64,000 bases of DNA from a virus, in IMG/VR virus record IMGVR_UViG_3300025759_000085, positions 2,402 to 66,401 of that record, one strand, 5' to 3'. Of the stretch, positions 1 to 10,100 are shown piece after piece. A model generated the notes under the pieces. That model worked only from the letters and a program-made list of their open reading frames with translations, was not told where the DNA came from and ran no database searches. The position numbers and the translations under genes are program-made. The stretch's first letter is position 1. Every line of letters starts with the position of its first letter.

Positions 1-252
1 CCTGATGCTAGCACAGAGTCTCTAAATGAGACCTTTACCATAGGTAAAATTATACCCATAAACGGTTCTGGCTCTGCAATTACCACCCAAGAAACCTTTA
101 CACTACCTACATTAAAGTTAGTGCCTGATTCGGGAGGGCCTGATAACGTTGAAATGCGCGTGCAAATACTCATGGGGCCTGTAAGTAACGTGGGATCATT
201 TACATTTAACGTGTTACAAGTAGACCAAACAAACGTAACAAGGCCAGTATAA
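1..252 (+). CDS. 3' end of a probable tail/structural protein (partial)
   Basis: Frame 1 is open from base 1 to TAA at 250-252, which overlaps the next ATG (TAATG). Composition is beta-rich. Confidence 0.55.
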   Translation, partial: PDASTESLNETFTIGKIIPINGSGSAITTQETFTLPTLKLVPDSGGPDNVEMRVQILMGPVSNVGSFTFNVLQVDQTNVTRPV

Positions 253-458
253 TGGAAGATAGCAGAGAAGCCCTACTTAAATTAGAAGCTCACGAGCGCG
301 AATGTGCTCAACGCATGAAAAACATACAATTTCAATTAGATACTGTTGATAAGCGTTTAGATCAAGGTATGCACAAATTTAAGAGTATAGAACGCCTATT
401 ATGGCTTCTCTACCCGCTAATTTTAGGATTAGATGTCATTGGTCAAAGACTTTTGTAA
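252..458 (+). CDS. small coiled-coil protein with C-terminal membrane helix (XhlA/holin-like lysis-region protein)
   Basis: 68 aa, HERECAQR coiled-coil N-terminus, hydrophobic LLWLLYPLILGL C-terminus, lies in the lysis region. Confidence 0.55.
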   Translation: MEDSREALLKLEAHERECAQRMKNIQFQLDTVDKRLDQGMHKFKSIERLLWLLYPLILGLDVIGQRLL

Positions 459-1095
459 AATTTGTTTCTTATTGTTTACATTGTTTACTACAGTTGCCAT
501 AGCAAACCAACAAGATGGGTCACTAAATACATATAATGGTGATGGTAGCAACGTAAATAGTAATAACAACACGGAAGACAAGTCCGTTAGCAATACATAC
601 AACGGTGCAGGGTCTAGCAGTGAAATGCCTGTAGGAAGTGCGATTAGTCCTAGTTATATGAGTAATGGCATGGATACTTGTCTAAAAGGTACAGGGGGGT
701 CATTACAAACTGTAGGTGTTGGTATTAGTAGTGGTAGCTATGACGTTGATCCTGAATGTAACAGACGTAGAGATGCTAAAGTATTATCTGATTTGAACAT
801 GAAAGTAGCTGCTGTAGCTAGAATGTGTCAGTCAGTAGATGTGTGGAAAGCTATGTTTATATCAGGCACGCCCTGTCCTATACTTTCAAATGGTAGATTG
901 ATTGTAGGTAAAAGAGCTTTTCTTGTTATGAAGATGAACCCTGAAACTTATATACCAGACTATAATAAAAAGACAAAGGAGTGGTACAATACAATTCTAA
1001 AGATAGGAGAAACTGTTGAAGATGAAGAAGAAGATACTAGCTCTATTAGCGATAAGTTCCGTAGCTCAATCAGACCAACTGGACAATCTGATTGA
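433..1095 (+). CDS. exported Cys-containing protein of unknown function
   Basis: Signal-peptide-like N-terminus (FLLFTLFTTVAIA), N/S-rich linker, conserved-looking C..C..C..C core (CNRRRDAK...MKVAAVARMCQ...GTPCP). Confidence 0.6.
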   Translation: MSLVKDFCKICFLLFTLFTTVAIANQQDGSLNTYNGDGSNVNSNNNTEDKSVSNTYNGAGSSSEMPVGSAISPSYMSNGMDTCLKGTGGSLQTVGVGISSGSYDVDPECNRRRDAKVLSDLNMKVAAVARMCQSVDVWKAMFISGTPCPILSNGRLIVGKRAFLVMKMNPETYIPDYNKKTKEWYNTILKIGETVEDEEEDTSSISDKFRSSIRPTGQSD

Positions 1096-1858
1096 TACAT
1101 CCAGTGCGATTGTAGATCAGATAGACAAAGGAATTGCGTATGTTGGTTCTGCCTCTGAGTATTCTTATCTTGGTACTTCTCTCTCTGATGGCAGTGTTTC
1201 AGAGTCCGCGCATATTACCTCACAACAGATTCAAGCATACAATGATGCTCTTTCTGGTATGGCTAGTTACATGCCTTATGGTGATGTACTCGCTGTCTTA
1301 AACGAACAAGCAAATACAGAACTTGAACTTATGGATCAGGCTGTAGATGTGTTTACTGAAGCTGTTGTAGAAATGGTACAAGTAGTACAGGTAGCTGAGA
1401 TGGCAGAAGAAGCATCTACTCCAGACGAAGAAGCTCAGGTACAAGAATTTGTAGCAAACAACCAAGAAGTTCTAACAATCACACAAGAAGAAGTTACCGA
1501 ATATAACCAGTCTATAGATGACATTGAGACGCACGCGAACAATGCTAGCGCATTTATTGCAGTAGCCGCAAACACAGATGCGGTGGACTTTTTACAACAA
1601 GGTGCTGAGAACAACAATACGACAGCAGAACAAGCTACTTTGACTTATAGCGCAAATAACCAATGGGTAAAGATGCAATGGTCTGGTACTACCAACGCGT
1701 CTGCTGTATACCTAAATGGACAATCTTTTGGTCTAGATATGTACGTAAGTGAGGCTGACATACTAATTGCTGGACAAGAGTCTGAGTTTTACCTGACAGG
1801 CCCTACAGCGCAAGGATATGATTGCTTTATGTACGGAGACTGTAACTATGAGCCTTGA
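1016..1858 (+). CDS. exported acidic helical protein of unknown function
   Basis: MKKKILALLAISSVAQS is a classic Sec signal peptide; the mature part is very acidic. Confidence 0.65.
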   Translation: MKMKKKILALLAISSVAQSDQLDNLIDTSSAIVDQIDKGIAYVGSASEYSYLGTSLSDGSVSESAHITSQQIQAYNDALSGMASYMPYGDVLAVLNEQANTELELMDQAVDVFTEAVVEMVQVVQVAEMAEEASTPDEEAQVQEFVANNQEVLTITQEEVTEYNQSIDDIETHANNASAFIAVAANTDAVDFLQQGAENNNTTAEQATLTYSANNQWVKMQWSGTTNASAVYLNGQSFGLDMYVSEADILIAGQESEFYLTGPTAQGYDCFMYGDCNYEP

Positions 1859-2324
1859 GGATACGGAACTAAAGATTGGCGGTACATCGTTTAAGGGTGT
1901 ATGGATTGCCATAGTTTTAGGTATCGGTTCTACTATTGGTGGTGGAGTATGGACAGCAAGCAGTTTGTACTCTAGACTAGAGTCTGTGGAAGCTAGGGTA
2001 ATACCTGATGTAGCGCCTATTGAAGAGAAAATATCGCTTATAGAAACACAACTAAGAGATAACAACGTAGCGCAGTTACAAGGTAAGCTAGCTGAATTGG
2101 GTACTAACTTAGTTACTATCAAAGATAATTACGATAAGATGTTAGAGTTCAAAGAAGATATAGGTGAACTAAAACAGAAAGTAACCAAGATGGAAACTGT
2201 AGTACAAAAAGCTGAGTTAGTTACAAAAGAAGTAAAAGAATTTGAGGACGACATAAAGATAGTCAAGAAAGAGATTCAAGATCTCTGGGATGGAATGGAC
2301 TACTTATCTAATCCTCTAAAGTGA
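1818..2324 (+). CDS. membrane-anchored coiled-coil protein (possible i-spanin-like); likely start 1848
   Basis: N-terminal TM segment (GVWIAIVLGIGSTIGGGVW) followed by a long heptad coiled coil, upstream of holin and endolysin. Confidence 0.5.
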   Translation: MIALCTETVTMSLEDTELKIGGTSFKGVWIAIVLGIGSTIGGGVWTASSLYSRLESVEARVIPDVAPIEEKISLIETQLRDNNVAQLQGKLAELGTNLVTIKDNYDKMLEFKEDIGELKQKVTKMETVVQKAELVTKEVKEFEDDIKIVKKEIQDLWDGMDYLSNPLK

Positions 2325-2331
2325 GGTACGT

Positions 2332-2703
2332 ATGTTACAGAATCTTATCGGCCCTATAGCTAATATAGCTGGGGGTTACTTAAAAAATAAAGCCGAAGAA
2401 AAACAGGCTAAACACAAAGCCAAGATGAAAGTCATTGAGAATGACGGTGAGTGGGAATCAAAGATGGCTGATGCCTCTGCCCATAGCTGGAAAGACGAAT
2501 TTTGGACAATTATTTTATCTGTGCCCATCTTTATGATAGGTTATTCTATCGTAGTAAATGACCCGTCTGTGGTTGATAGAGTAGAATCAGGGTTTGCTGC
2601 GTTATCTCAACTTCCTGAGTGGTACCAATATTTGCTTTTTATTGCCATAAGTTCTAGTTTTGGTATTAAAGGTGTTTCTAAACTAATGAGTCTAAGAAAA
2701 TGA
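2332..2703 (+). CDS. holin (3TM/GTA-type holin-like)
   Basis: SWKDEFW...TM...LPEWYQYLLFIAISSSFGIKG pattern with a basic C-terminus; adjacent to the endolysin; GAGG RBS. Confidence 0.7.
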   Translation: MLQNLIGPIANIAGGYLKNKAEEKQAKHKAKMKVIENDGEWESKMADASAHSWKDEFWTIILSVPIFMIGYSIVVNDPSVVDRVESGFAALSQLPEWYQYLLFIAISSSFGIKGVSKLMSLRK

Positions 2704-3047
2704 ATTTAAAGTATTTTAAGGTAGAAGATTTTAACTGTCAGGAAACTGGTGAGAATGAGATGTGTCCTGACTTCTTGCAGAAACTTGATGCACTGCGTGA
2801 GGTGTGTGGGTTTCCGTTTATTATAACTAGTGGGTACAGATCGCCTAACCACAGTATTGAAGCTGCTAAAGCTAAGCCGGGAACACATGCACAGGGCATT
2901 GCCGCAGATATTAAAGTAACTGGTGGGGCACAGCGTATGGCTATTATACGTAATGCTTCTATTATGGGCTTCAACGGTATTGGTGTCGCTAAAACTTTTG
3001 TACACGTGGACACGCGAGAGACTACCCCAGTAGCTTGGAAATACTAA
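2700..3047 (+). CDS. endolysin, peptidase M15A family
   Basis: Motifs ITSGYRS, H-x6-D (HAQGIAAD) and FVHVDTR typical of M15A zinc peptidases. Confidence 0.85.
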   Translation: MNLKYFKVEDFNCQETGENEMCPDFLQKLDALREVCGFPFIITSGYRSPNHSIEAAKAKPGTHAQGIAADIKVTGGAQRMAIIRNASIMGFNGIGVAKTFVHVDTRETTPVAWKY

Positions 3048-3048
3048 T

Positions 3049-5445
3049 ATGCCACTAAGTAAACTTCAGTTTAATCCCGGAATAAACAAAGAGATAACTC
3101 AATATTCCAACGAAGCGGGCTGGAACGACTGCGACAAGGTGCGCTTTCGTCAAGGTTATCCTGAAAAAATTGGTGGGTGGCGTAGATATGGTAAGAACAC
3201 GTTTACAGGTGTTTGTAGATCACTACATCAGTGGATTAGTAATGCTTTTGTAAAGTATATTGGTCTAGGTACAAATGTTAAGTTTTTTGTAGAAACGGGT
3301 ACTGTGTACTACGATGTCACACCTATAAGACTTACCGCTACTTTGGGGTCTAATCCTATAACAACAGCCAATACTTCTAAAATAGTGACTGTAGCACATT
3401 CTAGTCATGGGGCTACGTTAGGTAGCTATGTCACGTTATCAGGTGTATCTGGCACTATAAACAATGTACCGGCATCAGACTTAAATAAAGAGCATGTAAT
3501 TAAAAGTGTGGCGGCTGATGGTAATTCGTATACTATTGAAGTGGCTACTACAGCTAACGGAAATGGAGCTGGTGGGGGTGGTTCAGTAGTTGCTACATAC
3601 CAAATAAATGCTGGCCCTGACTTTCAGATACCTACACAAGGTTGGGATTCTTTAGATTGGAACGACAGCACATGGAATGGTAGTGCTGGTGGTACAGAAG
3701 AGTTACGTGTGTGGAACCAAGCTAATTTTGGTGAGGACTTAATTATAGGCCCTCGTGGTGGTGAATTATACTATTGGGACACAAGTGCAGGTACAGGCAC
3801 TAGAGCAGTAACTGTAAAGGACGTAAACAATGGCACGGCTGTAAGCCTCACTAAAACGTCAACTGGCTCTATAATTGAGAGTGCCCCATATATAACTAAC
3901 ATAGATGCAGCTGTTGGTAAAACAATTAGAATAGGGGCTGTAGTTACATGCACCACTGCGGATAGAATACCTGCGGGTACAACTGTTGTATCTGTAAGTG
4001 CTAATGGTCAAGTTGTTAATATAAGTCAGAACCCTATAAACACAGGTGTAAACCCTATACACGGCTTAACTTACAATTTTGATGACAACCCTATATCAGT
4101 TGTTGGAAACTCTAAAACAATAACTGTATTTGATCCTACATTAGAAAGAGTCTATGAAGCTGGTCAACACGTAACTTTAGCTGGAGCTACTACCATATAT
4201 GGGATTACTGCGAGTGTAATAAACCAAAGACATAAAATAGCTACGGTAGACTCTGCTGCTAATACTTATACTATAGACATAGCTGATGCGGAACCTGCTT
4301 CTACTTCAGCTTCTGGGGGTGGATCAAGTGTTACAGCGCAGTATGAACTTTCTGCGGAAGTACCTGTCGTACAAAATCACTTGATAGTATCTGACTCTAG
4401 CCGTTTTGTATTTTGTTTTGGAACTAATGAGTTTGGAGACACTACAGAAACACTTAACCCCATGTTAATACGCTGGTCAGATCAAGAAGATATGTTTGAC
4501 TGGCGACCACGCTCTACTAACCAAGCGGGAGACATACAGCTATCACAAGGCACCGAGATCGTAACTACACTCCAATCACGCCAAGAAATATTGGTTTTCA
4601 CCGATGCTGCGCTGTATTCGTTGCAGTATGTTGGAGCGCCAGTGGTATGGAGTTCTACGTTGATGGGATCAAACATGTCAGTTATTTCATCGAAGGCCGC
4701 TGCTTACGCCAACGGAGTCGCGTATTGGATGGGAGTGGGCAAGTTTTACAAATACGATGGCACGGTGCAACCCTTGAGATGCGATGTAAGAAAGTTCGTG
4801 TTTGATGACATGAACCCCGGACAACAAGGGCAAGTATTTGCTGGCTCGTTAGAAGAATATCACGAGATATGGTGGTTCTATGTATCTAAGTCAAACACAA
4901 CTAAAATAGCGCCAGACAAGTATGTAGTCTATAACTATGCCGAAGACGTTTGGTATGTAGGTACGCTAGATCGTAGTGCTTGGTTAGATTCGCCTATAAA
5001 TGATTTCCCATTAGCAGCTACTAATACATATAACTTAGTAGAACATGAGAATGGTAACGATGATGGTCAAGCTGCTATAACCTCTCCTATAAATGCTCAC
5101 ATAACATCAGGTAGATTTGGTATAGAGTCTGGTAATAGTTTTACGTTTGTAGATAAATTAGTTCCTGATATGTCTTTTGTTGGTTCTGATTCGGATGCCC
5201 CTAGCGCTGATTTTACTGTAATAGCGGGTAACGAGCCGGGATCTTTAGATCATGCTTCTATGGGTGGCGATAGTGAACGAGAAGTACAAGTATCTACTGA
5301 GATTAACAACTATACAGACATAGTAAACATACGCATGCGTGGTAGAGATATGGCTCTTAAAATATCTTCTGACTCTCTGGGCACAAGGTGGCAGTTAGGT
5401 ACGCCTAGATTGAACATGCGTCCAGATGGTAGAAGAGGTAAGTAG
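3049..5445 (+). CDS. tail nozzle / packaged-DNA stabilisation protein (P22 gp10 / T7 gp12-like) with inserted beta-domains
   Basis: 798 aa; VRF..G.PEKIGGW N-terminus, IRWSDQE and EIWWFY beta-propeller-type motifs, RW.LG..R...PDGRR C-terminus; two inserted NPI..V..H.VTL.G modules. Confidence 0.7.
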   Translation: MPLSKLQFNPGINKEITQYSNEAGWNDCDKVRFRQGYPEKIGGWRRYGKNTFTGVCRSLHQWISNAFVKYIGLGTNVKFFVETGTVYYDVTPIRLTATLGSNPITTANTSKIVTVAHSSHGATLGSYVTLSGVSGTINNVPASDLNKEHVIKSVAADGNSYTIEVATTANGNGAGGGGSVVATYQINAGPDFQIPTQGWDSLDWNDSTWNGSAGGTEELRVWNQANFGEDLIIGPRGGELYYWDTSAGTGTRAVTVKDVNNGTAVSLTKTSTGSIIESAPYITNIDAAVGKTIRIGAVVTCTTADRIPAGTTVVSVSANGQVVNISQNPINTGVNPIHGLTYNFDDNPISVVGNSKTITVFDPTLERVYEAGQHVTLAGATTIYGITASVINQRHKIATVDSAANTYTIDIADAEPASTSASGGGSSVTAQYELSAEVPVVQNHLIVSDSSRFVFCFGTNEFGDTTETLNPMLIRWSDQEDMFDWRPRSTNQAGDIQLSQGTEIVTTLQSRQEILVFTDAALYSLQYVGAPVVWSSTLMGSNMSVISSKAAAYANGVAYWMGVGKFYKYDGTVQPLRCDVRKFVFDDMNPGQQGQVFAGSLEEYHEIWWFYVSKSNTTKIAPDKYVVYNYAEDVWYVGTLDRSAWLDSPINDFPLAATNTYNLVEHENGNDDGQAAITSPINAHITSGRFGIESGNSFTFVDKLVPDMSFVGSDSDAPSADFTVIAGNEPGSLDHASMGGDSEREVQVSTEINNYTDIVNIRMRGRDMALKISSDSLGTRWQLGTPRLNMRPDGRRGK

Positions 5446-7151
5446 TGGCTACTAAGATACGCAATACAGCTAGAAATTTTCATGCTCCCGTATTACCAAA
5501 TCCTCCTGCAGAATATAGTCAGGCGTTAACGCATCAACGAGATACGACGCTTAGAGTTTACTTTCAGAGTATAGACGAAGCTATTACACAGGCGTTGCAG
5601 TATGATACCAGTGATATAATTGATGGCTCTATACCCAATAGTAAATTAGAAAACTCTACAATATCTTTTGGTGGTGTTACGTTATCCCTAGGCGGCTCTG
5701 ATGCTACTCCTGCGTTTAACCTTGCTGACGCTACTGGATACCCTACATCTAGTCTTGTGGGTACTATAACGAACGCGCAACTAGCTGGCAGTATAACTAA
5801 CGCTAAACTTGTTAATGATAGTGTATCTTATGGTGGTGTATCTCTTGATTTAGGTCAGACTGATGCTACTCCTGCATTTGATCTAAGCGATGCTACTAAC
5901 TATCCTACATCTAGTCTAAGTGGGACTATAACGAATGCGCAACTAGCTGGCAGTATAGCAAATGCGAAATTATCTAATTCCACTGTCTCTTACGGCGGTG
6001 TTCAGTTGGCTCTTGGAGCATCAGACGCAACTCCTGCATTTAATCTAAGTGATGCTACTGATTACCCTACATCTAGTTTAAGTGGGACTATAGCTACCGC
6101 ACAAATAGCCGATGACGCAGTAACAGATGCAAAACTTGCAGATTCAATAAACTCAGCTATTACAGCCAATTCAGCTAAAGTAACTAACGCCACACATACA
6201 GGTGAAGTTACAGGAGCTACAGCCTTAACTATTGCCGACAACGTAGTAGATGAAGCTAACCTTAAAGTATCTAACTCTCCAACTGATGGTTATTTCTTGT
6301 CTGCGCAATCAGGTAACACAGGGGGTTTGACTTGGGCACAAGTATCAAGTGGCATATCTGCAGTAGTTGATGATACAACTCCAGAACTTGGCGGCACATT
6401 AAATGCTGGCGGTAATGACATAAAAAATGTAGATCAGCTAAGTATTGGTACATCTACACTTACCTATGATTTTTGGATAAGTGGGTATAAAACGTCTGAA
6501 GAAGGCGAGTTGTTTAGAATGACTAACAACAACTCCTCTACTAGTGCTGATGGTAGGTATATAACCTTTTATACTGGCACTAATCACTACGGTAGTCTTG
6601 GTACTAAAGCTGTATCTTATGGTCAGGGTATATTCTTTTCTAGTAACGGTTGTGGTCTTAGGGCTACTAGTCAGTTTTCAACCGACATTGTTGGCCCTTG
6701 CGATGGCATTGGTGACGATAAAGATAATGATGTTGATTTAGGCCAATCTAATAATAGATTTGATGATGTGTACGCTACTAATGGTACTATACAAACATCA
6801 GATAGGAACTTAAAACAAGACATAACAGAACTATCTGATGCAGAAAAGAGAGTGGCAGTAGCTGCAAAAGGCTTATTACGTAAGTATAGATGGATAGACG
6901 CAGTTGCAGAAAAGGGTGATAATGCTAGAATACACTTTGGTATCATCGCTCAAGACCTAGAAGCTGCTTTCACTGCCGAGGGTCTAGATGCTGGCAGGTA
7001 CGCTATGTTTATTAGCACTACTTGGTGGGAACATGAGGGTGAAAAATATAATGAGCAAGCCCATATACCAGAAGGCGTGACCGCCACAGAGGTAACAAGA
7101 CGCGGTGTTCGGTATCCCGAACTACTAGCATTCATAATATCAGCTCTCTAG
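5445..7151 (+). CDS. tail fibre/spike with C-terminal intramolecular chaperone (peptidase S74)
   Basis: TSDRNLKQDI autocleavage motif, HFGIIAQD and GVRYPEL; internal 54-aa repeats. Confidence 0.8.
   Translation: MATKIRNTARNFHAPVLPNPPAEYSQALTHQRDTTLRVYFQSIDEAITQALQYDTSDIIDGSIPNSKLENSTISFGGVTLSLGGSDATPAFNLADATGYPTSSLVGTITNAQLAGSITNAKLVNDSVSYGGVSLDLGQTDATPAFDLSDATNYPTSSLSGTITNAQLAGSIANAKLSNSTVSYGGVQLALGASDATPAFNLSDATDYPTSSLSGTIATAQIADDAVTDAKLADSINSAITANSAKVTNATHTGEVTGATALTIADNVVDEANLKVSNSPTDGYFLSAQSGNTGGLTWAQVSSGISAVVDDTTPELGGTLNAGGNDIKNVDQLSIGTSTLTYDFWISGYKTSEEGELFRMTNNNSSTSADGRYITFYTGTNHYGSLGTKAVSYGQGIFFSSNGCGLRATSQFSTDIVGPCDGIGDDKDNDVDLGQSNNRFDDVYATNGTIQTSDRNLKQDITELSDAEKRVAVAAKGLLRKYRWIDAVAEKGDNARIHFGIIAQDLEAAFTAEGLDAGRYAMFISTTWWEHEGEKYNEQAHIPEGVTATEVTRRGVRYPELLAFIISAL
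5650..6110 (+). repeat. about 3 tandem 162-bp (54-aa) repeats in the tail fibre shaft
   Basis: S.GGV.L.LG..DATPAF.L.DAT.YPTSSL.GTI..AQ recurs with a 162-nt period (about 5700, 5862, 6024). Confidence 0.85.
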
Positions 7152-7159
7152 GATAAGTA

Positions 7160-10100
7160 ATGGCCTTTACTGGGAACACCGCACAAGAATTCGTCACCGC
7201 CATAAAAGACGTAATAGTAGACCCTGTAACGGGCCTCCAAAAGCCTTCTGGCATGCTAATTATAGATGCCATTAAAGAGGCTTTCCCTACTGAATTGCAC
7301 GAATTAGCGTATGAGTTCGTACTCACCGGCACTGACATGCAAGCGCTGCTGTTCTTTAAAGAACGAAATCCAGACGAATGGACTGATGACGCGCAAGCGC
7401 AGTTAGACGCTATATTCACCCCTAATACACTATACAATGTAATCAAAAAAGCAGTAGATAACAAAACGGACAGAGGTCAAGACGACTATTCATCCAGAAG
7501 AAGGAAAATAGGAAACGCTATATCCGACGTGGAAGACTACTTAAATACTGTAGAATCCGGTCAAGAGCCTAGCCTTTTAAGTAACATATACTACCCAACA
7601 GGGTTTGAGGAAAACCCCGCAGACTTTTCTGACGAACAGGTACAGCGTTATGAAGGAGTCTATCTTCCTAGTCAGTGGACGGGGCTCTCATCCAGAAACA
7701 TACAACAGATACTTGATAACGGCGTAGAAAACTATGGCTCTATCCCAACTATACATTATGATTTTGACGGGGATGGCAAGTTAACCCAATCAGACGTTGA
7801 CAACGCTGCTAGATGGGAAGCGCGATACAAAGAAATTACTGGGGAACGGTATGATCCCAAAATTACAGGATTTTCAACTAGCGACCCAGAAACAACCGAA
7901 GCTGAAGTGCCTGATAATGAAGGTTTTGGTACCGCAGTTAACTTATTAGATTTTGACGCAAACGGCGTAGTAGATGCTTTAAGTGATGGTGTATTATATC
8001 TACGATACTTGTTCGGGCTAAGAGGCGAACAGCTATTTCCCGGGGCAGTCGCCGAAGACGCTACACGAAGCACAGAAGAAATATTAGCGTATTTAGAAGA
8101 CGAAGACTCTCCTATACGGGCATTTCTTGACCTAGATGGTAACGGCGTATCAGATGCTCTAACTGATGGTGTATTATTACTACGTCATGCTTTTGGGTTA
8201 ACCGGCAGCATGCTTACTTCCGGTGCCTCCGCAAAAAACAGCCCGTTAACTGAGCCAGAAGTAGAAGCAAAAATAAAAGAAATGATAACTCTACTTCCTA
8301 AAAAGGATATAGATGGTAATTATTTTGTAGTAGATAAAGAGGGTACGAGAAAGATAATTGGCGCTTCCGGTAAAATAGTTGATGCGCCAGATTCAGACTC
8401 AGATCCAGTATTTTGGGACGGCGCTTCTTCACAAGCCATAATGGAGGCTGCAGGTAATCCAGAGATAAACCTTCACACGAGAGCGGCATATAAACGATAT
8501 GCGGAAAGTTTGGGGCTTTCTCTTGAAGAGTTCATGGCGCAATACGACTATACCGGTGACGGGGAAGTAAACATTGGTGACGTATTAAATGTACAAAAGT
8601 ATGAATTGGGCACCCAAACACAAGAGCCGGGTTGGGATTTCGACAACTATAAAGAGTTTAGATTAGACAGAGACGAAGATGGTGTTGATGATGATAATGA
8701 CTATTTCCCTGACGACCCGCTATATCAAAGAGAACAACAGTATTTTGAAGTCCTAGACGAAAACAGGACAAAGTCAGATGCCATATATGCTGCAATAGAC
8801 TTTCTTAATAACAAAGATAAATCAAATCAAACACTTTATATTCAAGGCCTACAATCTCTTTCAACCGAAGAAAAAGCGTTAGTAGAACAAATACGAAAAC
8901 TGCCGCAGTATGTGCAGGGTTTGTATAGAAGAAGAAATAAAGTTATAACTGATGCAGATAGAGAACTCTTTTTTAATCTTGTACAGACAACCCCTGATAA
9001 CGATGTCTTTTCTGAGTATAAACTTACACCTCCAGCTATAACTGATTATGATCCAGATTCCGATGGTGACGGAGTGGTTGATTCGGAAGACGCTTTTCCC
9101 AATAATCCAAGAGAAACTGCGGACAGCGATGGTGACGGGTTTGGTGACAACAATGATGCGTTCCCAAATGATCCAAACGAAACCCTTGATTCGGATGGTG
9201 ACAGCTACGGTGACAATGCGGATGCCTTTCCTACCGATCCAAATGAGTGGGTTGATACTGACAAAGATGGAGTTGGTAACAATACTGACGAATTTCCGCA
9301 AGACCCAAATGAGTCGGTAGATACTGATAATGATGGCGTTGGTAACAATGCTGACTACGATATAAATAATCCGGACATTAAAAGCGAAGAGGATTATTTA
9401 GACACTATTGATACTGACGAAGATGGTACGCCCGACTATAAAGATTTTTTACCGTCAGACCCTAAATATCAAACTAAAGAGCAGCAAGATAAACAGTTTG
9501 ATATGAATCGTTTTGCCGATGATAATTCTAGGGCTTTCATTGGCGTATATAACATAGAGCGTTACAAAGAACACATGGGCGACTCGCTAGGGACGTACGA
9601 TTTTTCTGACCCTAAACTACAAAAATTTCTTAAATGGAAAAACGCTTACGTTAAAAACTGGCGTAAACTTAGTCGGGACAAAGGTAATTACCCTAGGTTT
9701 GGCGTAGACACGGCCGCCGCTAAAGCTCTGCGAGAGTGGCTAATGGATAACACTGAGAGTTACTCTACACGCCAAGGCAAAAATAAGACTATATATCACT
9801 ACGACGAGGAGGCTAAGTTTTTCAAAGCGTTCTTAGCAGCCGAGGGTGATTTTTTTATGGAAGGCCGCGTTAGCGAACGAGAAGCCATGCAAGACGCGGT
9901 CATGGAGTGGCAGCTTGATGGTGCTCCGGATGAGTACATGCAAATTCTTAACACTCAAGGACTTGTAATACCAGAATCGCTTGGTGGGGTTGCTGATGTA
10001 GTAGAAAGACACGCAACTGCTAGAAAGGTTAGGGAAGAGCAATTAAATATGCTCTTTGATGCTATGGAGAACGCGTGGGAGACGGCTGGTAGTTTCTTTA

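Noticed and set aside
5445-7151. Diversity-generating retroelement acting on the tail fibre
   Set aside because: No reverse transcriptase and no TR/VR pair with adenine-specific mismatches; the repeats are ordinary in-frame tandem units.
7757-7795. DFDGD as the catalytic motif of a multisubunit or crAss-like virion RNA polymerase
   Set aside because: The context YDFDGDGKLTQSD fits a dockerin/EF-hand Ca loop, and similar loops recur elsewhere in the protein.
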